Positions 1-9,319 of a stretch of 64,000 bases of DNA are shown here, in pieces. Source of the stretch: Rhodosorus marinus CCMP1338 (lineage: Eukaryota > Plantae > Rhodophyta). The notes beneath the pieces were generated by a model. The model did not search any database and was not told the origin of the DNA. It saw nothing but the letters and a program-made list of their open reading frames with translations. Position 1 is the first letter of the stretch; each line of letters opens with the position of its first letter. The position numbers and the translations under genes were made by a program. The stretch spans positions 744,001 through 808,000 of the forward strand of contig JAMWBK010000005.1 of NCBI GenBank assembly GCA_029953675.1, in the 5' to 3' direction.

Positions 1-42
1 TGAAAGCCTTTTTGTTCTTCTTCTCTCTCTCTCGCTCCTAAG

Positions 43-249
43 GAATGTCTGGAGGGATCTGATCATTGGCTCCGTGGTGAACAGATCAGACTCAAACATC
101 CAAATACGGGGTTGTATATTGGATCTTCGGCAAAGTATGCGTATGGAGCTCCAGTCCAGGGACAGCTGGAGATATTCTCCACTCGGGAAAAGTCGCAAGG
201 TACCATTTGGTGGACAAAGGAAGGACTTTACTTCCCTGAGCATAACTGA
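43..249 (+). CDS. SDF2: Terminal exon of SDF2/SDF2L1-like MIR-domain protein (gene starts before the window)
   Basis: After a polypyrimidine tract and AG at 41-42 the frame reads ECLEGSDHWLRGEQIRLKHPNTGLYIGSSAKYAYGAPVQGQLEIFSTREKSQGTIWWTKEGLYFPEHN*. This matches the third MIR repeat and C-terminus of SDF2 (W.R...RLkH..TG..L...GQ.E...W...EG.Y). Confidence 0.8.
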   Translation, partial: ECLEGSDHWLRGEQIRLKHPNTGLYIGSSAKYAYGAPVQGQLEIFSTREKSQGTIWWTKEGLYFPEHN

Positions 250-431
250 AGGCGTGGCGTGCAAGTCGAAGTTCCAATCGCCATAACTCCCGCAAGCAAC
301 TCAGACTTGGATATGCTTTCCTCGTGCCGTTTCGATATTTTATAGAACGATTCTTCAATCAGTTCAAACATTCACAATAAATAGATGACACACGCAGCGA
401 CATTCAGCGTTTCACCACCGAGCTGTAACTG

Positions 432-1786
432 TTACAGCTCGGTGGAAAGAAACTGTTCCAGCTTCTCTCCGAGGATTTCTAGCAGAGTCGGATGGGCACT
501 GTGTCCAACACCTCCCAGCTCCGTGTAAGTAACGCTATCACAGTATTCAGATAATATCTTCGCGTCCCTCGCTGCCTTCTTCCGCGGAACCGACATATCC
601 CTCTTGCCCTGTGCAAGTGTTACCAAATTACAGATTAGAAGCGCGCGTACGGGGTGCACATATGGAGCGATAGCCGTACCTGTAACATCACTATTGGAGT
701 TGCTGGACTCGCTAAGGACATGCAACCAGGTAGATCAGTATGCAAAGCCAACCATGCACATAAACTGATGCAGGCCCCTAGCCGATTGTCGAACCTCAAC
801 GCTGTGTTCACCGCTACTGCGCCCCCCTGTCCAAATCCCCCTATGACGATTCTTGACGCTGGAATACCGTTTTTAACTTCCTCGTCTATGATCGCCGAGA
901 CGCGAGCCACCGAGCAAAGGATCCCTACCTTGTCCTCGGAGTTTTCGCTCGAATTTGCCCGTGTACCATACCAAGCTCTCTTCTTGGAGTCACGAATCAG
1001 TCCGACGACTTTCCGCCTCGGCGCGCAGGGCAGCACATATTTCACCTTGAGCTGCCCATGTCGAGCAAACGCTTCCACCCAATAGTCAGCATGCTCTCCG
1101 ATCTCGTGCAGGAAAATCACCGTGGCCGAGTGTTCCCCTTTCGGGGTCATGACAACTCCCTCAGAACCCCCACAGAATCCTAGGAAACACGCACGAAAGC
1201 GTAGACGTTAGTCTTGAGCCACTCGACCATGGTGAGGTGCGGACTGACTGTGACTCATACCTTTCCGGACGTCGTGCTCGAGAGGGAAACCGACCTCGTT
1301 TTCAGCCTTCCTCGAACCGAATCGCTCTGGGCGACTCCTCGGAGTCAATTGTTTGTCATTTTCACTGTTCTTGATGGGGAAAGCCTGAACATCGTCTGCC
1401 GGTGGATCCGCACCATGGTTGATGTCCTTGAAAGTTACTTGGACATTGTTACCCACGATATCATATGCAGAATTGGTCGCCCTGCTGACCGAGCCTCGTG
1501 ATATTCCTGCATCTTCCTGCATGAACGTATGGGAACCAGTTTCCCTTCCAAGGAAGCTCTTAAACGAAAACCCTCTCACTCCATGTTCCGAGTTGATGGT
1601 GTCCCGTGCCTCCTCTTCTTGCGGAGGGGGTTTATTGCTGGGTTCAAAGTATTCCTGCAACCAGGGCTGGTTCGTCGAAAGGGGCTGGAAATCCTCATCG
1701 AATTCGTCGTCGGCATCCTCGAATAGGCCGTCACTTCCAAGGCTTTCATCAGAAACCCCAATTTCAGGCTCGCCTAGGCTCGTCAT
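432..1786 (-). CDS. Acyl-protein thioesterase/lysophospholipase-like alpha/beta hydrolase with a long acidic N-terminal extension; nucleophile Ser replaced by Gly
   Basis: Three exons: 1786-1261, 1179-680 and 608-432. Introns 1260-1180 (GTATGA...branch GACTAAC...TAG) and 679-609 (GTACGG...CAG). Motifs ATVIFLH, KYVLPCAP, RIVIGGFGQGG, QGKRDMSVP and GVGHS. Additional upstream exons (1890-2100) are possible. Confidence 0.75.
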
Positions 1787-2639
1787 TGTTCAGAATGTAG
1801 CCTCAAGCTGCTTGCCAGCAGGTAAACAAGTGCGGTAACCCCGAGGTGTCATAAATCAGATGAGACCATACCTCACGAGATACATACACTCAAAACAACT
1901 CTTCTCGCTGTATCGGCGAGTACCTCAGGAAGTGCGCTTTTAGAATCACAATGGAAACCTGTACCTCGGAGTAGTGACAATTACGGAAGACACTGCCTAG
2001 GGCCCTCCAGAGAGACGGCGAATACAGAGCTCCCCACTTACAGAAGGTAACAGAACCACCAGAAGAAGACACCAAAAAATCCCAAAATCTGAACGCCCTT
2101 TCCTCTGATCACAACCACTATCGTAACCCCTAGACAGAAACTGCAAAAACCAGCCGCCCAGTCACGTCACGAGCTTTCATCCATCAGTCCCAGTCCACTG
2201 CATCAATCAGTCTACCCTTGTCAACTCACAACCTCACCGCCGACCAAACTGCCAAAAAAAAAAGAAATCAGGACAAACAGATCCAAAACCCTTCACCACC
2301 TTTCCAACCACAATCCCATTCCTACCAAACCACCCCCCTCACCCTCCCACACCCCAACCAAAAAGTCCCCACCAAAACCTTACCAGCTCTTCACTTTTAA
2401 CTAACGACAAAAATAGCCACAAAACCCCCTCTGTCCTCGTTCCCTTCCCTTCACCCCTCCTTGAATATCTCACATCTTCATACCCCGGCTTCCTTCAACT
2501 TCCTAGGCCCTTCCTGCTTTTGTCAGCACATAGACAAACCCCCCTTCCTCCCCCCCAAACCACCTCTCTTTCCTCACCTTCCGCTTCCCATCTCGGCATT
2601 TTCCCCTTTCCCAATAATCTCATCAAATTCTCAATTAAA

Positions 2640-2830
2640 GCATTAAAAAAGCACCAAAATCTCATTTTTCCATCAATAATAATTGATAATATATAAATAT
2701 AATATAAACAGTATTTCATATACAAAATTTATAATAAAAACATAAATATATTATAATGTTTTTCTATACCGTTATATTTATACCACGTGTCTATTTATTC
2801 AATTATGATTGGTTTGAGAAGAAAACTTAA
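2640..2830. promoter_or_regulatory. AT-rich island flanked by C/A-rich (left) and G/T-rich (right) tracts; probable divergent promoter core
   Basis: Very AT-rich stretch containing CACGTG (2783-2788) and ATTGG (about 2808), with a compositional skew flip on either side. Confidence 0.45.
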
Positions 2831-3444
2831 GTTTTTTGATGGAGAAACTTTCTCCTATTCTGAATTGATAAAATTCCAAAAAGGGGTGGGGTGACTCGCT
2901 CGTAAAGGAAGCTATATTATTAATTTATTAATTTTGTAGAGGGGGAATTGTTTTTTTGAATTGACAAAATTGGTCATCAACAGAAAAAGGGAATTTGAAT
3001 TTTTGATTCAGATATTGGAAACTAAGTTTAAATTGTTTTTTAAAAGTTTTTGTACTAAGAAAATTGTTTTTGTTTTTATTATTTTGATGGTTTGTTTTTT
3101 GCCCAAAATGGCTGTTTGAGTTTTTTGAGGCTCGGGGTTTTTGGTGCGTTGCGAGCGTAGGGAGGTACATGTGACCATGTATTGCCGGTCGAGACAGTAG
3201 GCGAACTGAGTGTGAGAGTGTGTACAAGGCAGTGCTGATGGCACCATGCATTAGCATTGGTGTGGGTGGGTGGGGGAGCGCTTTTCTGGGGCATGGCAGC
3301 GTAGTGTATATTCGTTTAGGTTGTTGAAGGGCTGTGGGACAAGGCGGGAAACAAACGATTTTTGATGGGTAGCAATAGCTTAGCTTGCTGATTATTTTCC
3401 GATGCCCCTGACCTCAACACACCGCTTTTGGTATAGTTGGTATA

Positions 3445-3485
3445 GATTCATGATCCGTATCTCCATGGGATACGGATCATGAATC
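3445..3485. repeat. 41-nt near-perfect palindrome (single-base bulge)
   Basis: GATTCATGATCCGTATC-T-CCATGG-GATACGGATCATGAATC; removing one T gives a perfect 40-bp palindrome. Confidence 0.9.
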
Positions 3486-4329
3486 AGAATCCTATTAGGT
3501 TTTCTTGGTTTTCCCTCACCGCCGCTCCGTCGGGATCACCTAAATCTGCTCCAATGCACGGCGCTAGATTTTCTCCCTGTTTTAGCTGCGTCAAGCGAGA
3601 TTTTGGCGAACCCAGACAATATCTTTAAACGGCACCTCCTAGTCTCTCACCATCGCCTTGGACAACACCTAAAAGCTGTAGACCCTGGATATCCCAAGAG
3701 GAATGCTTACCAAATGCTCCTCACATACACCTCTCATCCAATTTGACAGACTAAAAGAATTCACATACTCCGAGTCGAGTCCCAGTCCCTCGCTCTGCAC
3801 GTGAGCAGTAGTTTAAGCACACTGCCCCGGACCAATCTCCAAATATACAAAATACAAAGAATTCCAGAACTATGGACGGAATTCATCGACTAAAGTAGAA
3901 TCAATAATATAAAACAACTTTTCTCGCAATGTCCAGAAACACCCAAATCAAGGTAGTAAGTCGAATGAAAAAATTCTCAAATATGTCAACAATTTTGAAC
4001 GATTCGTAGAACCGCTCTAATTTTTAAATTTTGCAAGAGATTTATTTCTCCGCGAAAAGTTGCAAAAAAAATGCGAAAATGATTTAGTGCTTTCTCAACC
4101 CGCTGGGCTTTGTTCCTCGAAAAACTATCATGTTTTCGAGATTTTTTCAACCATGATTGGCTATGATTGGATGAACGTTTTTGGTAGAGAGTACTGATTG
4201 GAGAGATAAGAAAACAAAAGTTGTTTGATTCGTCGGGAGACCTTGAGGCATTGAACTTCAAAGGGAAATGAGAAGACGAAATACTGGGGGCCGATTTGAA
4301 AGTCTTGATGGTTAGGGCTACAGATAGAC

Positions 4330-4775
4330 AGATCGGTTCAATCGGAGGCTACAATCACCGAATGAGGTACTCTAGGAAGTGCGCAGATAGTGCGCCTCCA
4401 AAAATGAGGCAGCAGTACAGCGCCAGGTGACCCAACGGCACGTGGTTTCGTGACATTCCAGTCGGCACAAACGACTGGAGGCAACATCTCATTGCAAACA
4501 TTCGACAAGTTCCTGTAGTACCGCTCACCGACTAAGAGCCATCTGGACCTTGCCCTTTCTGTCGGGCCAACAAAATACCTCGCCACCGTTGCAGATCCAG
4601 AGAACTTTACCCCGATGGCCTTCGGAACATATGGCCGACGTGCAGTACGAGCAATTTGCAGACCTTCGCAACCTCGCGAGACATCTAGACTCCTCGCCCA
4701 TCATCTTGGGCACAGCTCATGTCGCGATGAACCGCACGCTGTGGAGAGGTAACCCTTGGGTTACGCTTTGTAGTT
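4330..4775 (+). mobile_element. Degenerate 3' fragment (RLE endonuclease region) of a CRE-like non-LTR retrotransposon
   Basis: Ordered motifs across frames: R*P (about 4423-4433), DIPVGTNDWRQHLIANI, TKY (4570-4578), NFTPMAFGTYGRRA (4603-4644) and MNRTLWRGN (4727-4753). The last matches INRTLWEGN of the relic at 21.8 kb. Confidence 0.65.
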
Positions 4776-4799
4776 GTGAGAGTGCCAGTACCTTTTAGT

Positions 4800-5322
4800 G
4801 GACAGTGTTTTCTGATCAGGTCGTAATCATACGCTTGTTTCTCCAGTAAACCAGAGTCGCTGGCTCAAAGAAGCGTACAGTGATCGGTATTGAACATGGA
4901 GCGGACCAAGGAAATAAGCGTAAATACTTATCTTCCCTGGCCTTCAACTTTGGTTGCTAAACGAACAGGATCAGTAGACTTAACTGTGCTTGCTACCTTC
5001 CTTAACGCAACAGACGAAAAAATATTGCAGTCTTGGCATAACCATATCCCTTACCCTCAGGTCTCAAGCTACCCGAGTATACCGCCAAGAGATGAGAGCA
5101 CCCGGTTGAATTCTCCTTCGCGGTGCCAAAGCCAGACATCCACCTCAGCGCAAATCTGTCGTTTGTCAGTCGGAGGATACTGACACTAACGACAGATTTG
5201 AGCGGAGTCCTTGATTTTCCCTCGACCTCGCCAGCTCCGAAAGAACACGAGAAGCTTTTGGGCATAGTACGTTTAATCTCCAGCTTCGCTTGCTCAACCC
5301 GATCCATTTCCATTCTACACAA
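4800..5322 (-). mobile_element. Possible highly degraded RLE non-LTR relic (ORF 5002-5322 and downstream)
   Basis: SCSFGAGEV, NDRFALRWMSG, SHLL, AREDKY and RFFEP appear in the order expected for the S..GAG.W / F..alR..LG / H / K.Y / F.P motifs. Weak. Confidence 0.3.
5144..5207. repeat. Long hairpin: 20-bp stem with a 2-nt bulge and 8-nt loop, plus an imperfect outer stem
   Basis: CAAATCTGTCGTT-TGTCAGT / CGGAGGAT / ACTGACA-CT-AACGACAGATTTG (5151-5200); CTCAGCG (5144-5150) pairs 5 of 7 with AGCGGAG (5201-5207). Confidence 0.85.
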
Positions 5323-5423
5323 TCCGCGCTTGGTTGCTCACGCTTATGCCTGAGGTACAGGCACAGAATGGATCAGGAAGGCACCACTCCTTCCCCTTTA
5401 TCTACAAAATGGGCCCGCGTTTG

Positions 5424-6388
5424 CTAAAGCCAGGGAGGTGGATTTGGAGGTATTCTAACGAGATCTGTATCGAAGAGCTCAATGAACTGCTCACTTAGAA
5501 GCCGTACCTGTAGTATCAAGCACGGACGAAGAGAGATTGAGGGATTGCTTTAGTTCCTAGGGAGCTCTCTCGTCTCCACTTGTTTTTCTGTCTCACCTTG
5601 CTTCCTGCAAAGCTTCGATATTCTTCAAACACAGCAGTTAGATTCCAACGCTGAAGTTTTCTCATGCAGCCAACCACAGTGCCGGTTTGATGCCGACCAA
5701 GGTGGCACATGATAAGCAGCGGATAAGTAGAAGTGTCTAGAATCGTATCCATAGCCGTCAAGACTACCTGAGAAAGCATGGACCATGCCGCGTTGAGAGT
5801 AGCTCTCAGTCTATCCGCTTTTCTTCACTCATGGACGTTTTGTCGAACAAACCTCTTCAGACATTGATTTCCATGAAAGGCTGAGGCCGACGCCTCCGAG
5901 ATTCACCATGTCAATGTTATGGTCACTCACGAAGTTCAGACTAGAAATTCAAAGCGGTTGAAGTTAGACGAGTCCAAGCGACTGCCTCAGTGTCTTCAAC
6001 ACCAAGTTCAAGAATTGCACTCACAATTGTTGAGATGGCTCCTCGGAAGCAAGGTTGACGATCGTCTTCAGCTGAAGCTTTTCCAGAAACGGAAAGTTGA
6101 GCTCGTTTGGCATACCAGATCGGTACCTGTACATACAGAACAAAAACATCGTACGAAGCTTCGTCAGTACACCAACATGGTTTGTACATACGCAGAGTCT
6201 CGCATCGGGGGACTCAAAACACCAGAAAGCAGAATACACCATAAAATAAAGTACAGACTTCGCGACGACTTTTCCAAGAAATTTTATGCTCACAAGTTCT
6301 CTTCAACGATTCCAAAATTGATCGGCGGGATCAACGAGCCTCCCAAAACCACATACTCCAAATACCGTTCATCCGCCGCGGCGCCCAT
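5424..6388 (-). CDS. OCA1: OCA1/Siw14-family atypical tyrosine phosphatase-like protein (multi-exon)
   Basis: [81 protein letters not shown] and last exon [25 protein letters not shown]. Confidence 0.88.
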
Positions 6389-6599
6389 TACGAGAAGCGG
6401 AGCCTTCCGTTGAAGAAGATCCAGAAGCAGAACAGAACGTAAACAAAAAGAAGAAGGAGATAATCAAAGAATCTCCAAATCAAACACAGATTCAATAGCA
6501 GCTCAGGAACCTAGGACGTGCTGATGATCTGCACACGAATTAGTGGCCCTTTTGCATCGACCCCGGTAAAAGTGATAGTTGTGTTAAATCTTTTCGCAT

Positions 6600-6661
6600 G
6601 TGCTTGATACCACAGGTAAGGCTTCTGAGTGAGCAGCTCATTGAAATCTTTGAAACAGATC
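6600..6661 (+). pseudogene. Inverted orphan copy of the OCA1 last intron/exon junction
   Basis: 54 of 62 nt identical to the reverse complement of 5462-5523. Reads VRLLSEQLIEIFETD versus [15 protein letters not shown]. Confidence 0.8.
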
Positions 6662-6769
6662 CTATGATGTGATTGTGCTAGGACTCGTTGGCAGGCACTG
6701 ATTTTGACCACCTTAGATCATTCCCTTGTTCTTGGAGTTGGCTTGGTAGATTCAAAGATATGTCTACTT

Positions 6770-6842
6770 CAAGGTTGTGGATGCGGTGCTTCTGGGAGAC
6801 GAGCTAGGAAAGCTCAAAATAGCCTGTCCATCCACAACCTTG
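6770..6842. repeat. 14-bp perfect inverted repeat with a 45-nt spacer
   Basis: CAAGGTTGTGGATG (6770-6783) and CATCCACAACCTTG (6829-6842). Confidence 0.8.
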
Positions 6843-7170
6843 GCTGATTACTGGTTTGAAGGGAATGATTGAGATGGATTGTAATCCAGACTGCTGTATC
6901 TGTTTTTGAGTGGCGTTTTTTCACAGTATTTCGTCTCCTAAGCAGAGTCGTACAAGTCAAGTTTCCCTACATTTCAATGATTTGAATATTGCTGGAGGTC
7001 GAGTAGAGAGGTGGGTATCTTCTTTCCGTCTGAGTGCTCATCGATGGACAACAATAATACTCCACGTAATGACTCGTGTGGTCGCAATGAACCTCAATGC
7101 CGCACAGACCCCTGCCAGAGAAGCCATGCCAGGGTTTCGACTCTCCGTCGCTGTTCACAGAATTACCTAC
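6830..7170 (+). mobile_element. Degenerate RLE non-LTR retrotransposon 3' relic
   Basis: TLADYWF, AESYK (6942-6956), REVGIFFP (to 7028), HRWTTIILHVMTRVVA and FRLSVAVHR (7135-7161) occur in the expected order across shifted frames. Confidence 0.45.
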
Positions 7171-7355
7171 ACATCGACAAGCCCGGATGTTTAGCGTACG
7201 AACCAGCAAGACAAATAGTAAATAAGATCAAGAGCAGGGTCGTGTGCCTGGGAGGTGAGGTTAGCTTTACGTTTGTGCAACCTCCTTGGCATTCCACACA
7301 AGAAAAGCTAACGTACTACAAAGTCCAATAAATATAAGTTTCCTCCACATCACTA

Positions 7356-8210
7356 TTAGTTAAAGGCTGTCGTCCCTTTGCCGTCTGTCGCCGTAGGATC
7401 CTCTTGTAGGTCGATGCCGGTACCTTCCAAGTGAACATTGGTGAGCTTCATGCGTTTGTTACTTCGAGCTTTCTGACCTCGTGGTCTCCTCCTATTAATC
7501 TGAAAATAATAAAGACAAACAGATACGTCGTCAGCCAATGATTGCCCCGCAACCCGGACGTTCTGTGGGTCGGTGGATAAGCGAACATGATCGTACCGCG
7601 AGTTGTGGAAAGTCTTCGACTCTGCCCTTCTTCACCCCATTCTCAATGAGGTATCTATGTACCTCAATTCTGTCTGGCGCATGTATCGTTTCCCACATCC
7701 CTCGAATGTCATCGCTCACAGGCAAAGAGAGAGTCGAGTCATAGGGATATACGATTTCTTTCTTGTCCGTAGAGTTCTTTAGAACGATTACCTCCCGCGG
7801 TATACTGTTTATAATATCCTGGAAGGCAAAAAAGTGTACATAAGAAATGTGAACAATCCATGATCACCAACCAGACTCTAGAAATCCTGAAATCCTACCT
7901 TCATATCGTCAGTAACCCCCTTATAGCAATCATCTAAAGCCGCTCTGGGGACTCCATCATGTCTTTTTCGGAGGAAAACTAGGAGCTCCTCCTTGTTTCT
8001 AATATAGTACTGACTCTTCCACCGCCATCTACCATCTCTCTCCCTCAAAAACTTGGTACTGGACTCCACGTTCTTCCTCAGCTCCTGATTGTTCACAATG
8101 TCCGTCCCCAAGATCTTCTCGATCTCCTCGGGAGTCATCGGTCTGAGCTCCTTCCTCAAGACGTCCAGGACGCTCTTGATCTGCATATTCAAGGTCTGTG
8201 GCTTACTCAT
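7356..8210 (-). CDS. GTF2E2: Transcription initiation factor IIE subunit beta
   Basis: Winged-helix region (VLDVLRKELRPMTPEEI...WRWKSQYYIRNKEELLVFLRKRHDGV..LDDCYKGV), then VIVLKN..EIVYP..VSDDIRGMWETI and a basic C-terminus RRRPRG..KLTNVHLEG..DLQED; three exons. Confidence 0.85.
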
Positions 8211-8582
8211 CTTGACTAGTCTCGCTTCAGCGTTAAAACACTACCACAAACAAACGGGAGAACGTGACTCCGAGTGCAAGAATGAGGATGAACCCCCTCC
8301 AGCGCACACTGTTCTAACCAAAGATTGTCGCAGAGCACTCAACAACTTAGTCCTTTTCTATCAATTCTTCTTCTAGTAAACCTCAGCTCCGCTCGTGGCC
8401 CCCCGCCTCAATCCCTCCTCCCTCACCTAGCAACATACTTATCCATATTCCTCTCTTCTGAGGGCTGGGGATGGTCAGTGAACATGAGCAGGAAGGACCA
8501 TCGTTGGAGGGGCAACTAGTTTGATATCAAATCCTTTTCTCTCAATTCGAGTTAGGCAGAATGATGTCGCAGTTTAGTTCAT

Positions 8583-9206
8583 CTACGAGGCGTCTGATGG
8601 CCTTGGGTTAGCCTCAGGGCGATGAAACTGGCTATCATTTTTCTCTCCTGAACTGTATCGCTCTGGGTTGCTTGCGAAGCCGTGTGACGTATCGAAGCCA
8701 AGCATCCTTAGCCAAAAGAATAGAGGACGAGGTAGAGCTTTCTTTATTCCTGCTTCTGATAACTCGGCCAATGTCGAATTGGGTATTCTTTGCGACGAGT
8801 TCAGGTTGTCACCAGGGGTGTGAGTTCCCTAAATGCATACGGCACCGTAGTACGGTTTGTTTTGTATGTTAACCGGTATCTTGCCCTTATTATGACTCGA
8901 ACGTGCTTGAAGCTACAATCCAGTATATACGAACTGAATTAGTCGGTCCCTGCTGAGTGAGAAGACTTGGAATGGCCGTCCTTGGAAAGGTTCATGGAAG
9001 CCTCGCGATAATGAACGCGGAGGCTCTGATGATCTCAAGCACTTGCGAAGCAACTTGAAGGACTTCGCCTGAAGAAAGCAGATTCGAGCAAGGCAATCGC
9101 CGACTAGGATGAAAGCAGAGATGGCTTCGAGTCTAAAAATCGTTGTACTCTTGGTAGGTTCCCATGACTGGTTTTTCAGTTTCAAATTCTTAATGATACA
9201 AGACAA
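8583..9206 (-). other. Unresolved: small hypothetical gene or another degraded retroelement relic
   Basis: Short ORFs only. LSEAGIKKALPRPLFFWLRMLG weakly resembles the GAG.W..P / F..lR.LG motif. Confidence 0.2.
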
Positions 9207-9319
9207 GGGGTTAGAGCGCCTGCCGACTCGTCCTCTTCGTTAAAAACACGAAGATCCACGGGCCGGGTCTCTGTCTTACTTCTTCTGCAACAGTGCACCT
9301 CCGGTTCCAACGTTAGGGT

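Noticed and set aside
3362-3412. C/D-box snoRNA candidate (TGATGG...CTGA)
   Set aside because: The C box is imperfect, it is too short, and there is no terminal stem or recognisable rRNA guide.
4749-4764. GTAACCC-TT-GGGTTAC mini-palindrome
   Set aside because: A 7-bp stem is expected by chance in 64 kb.
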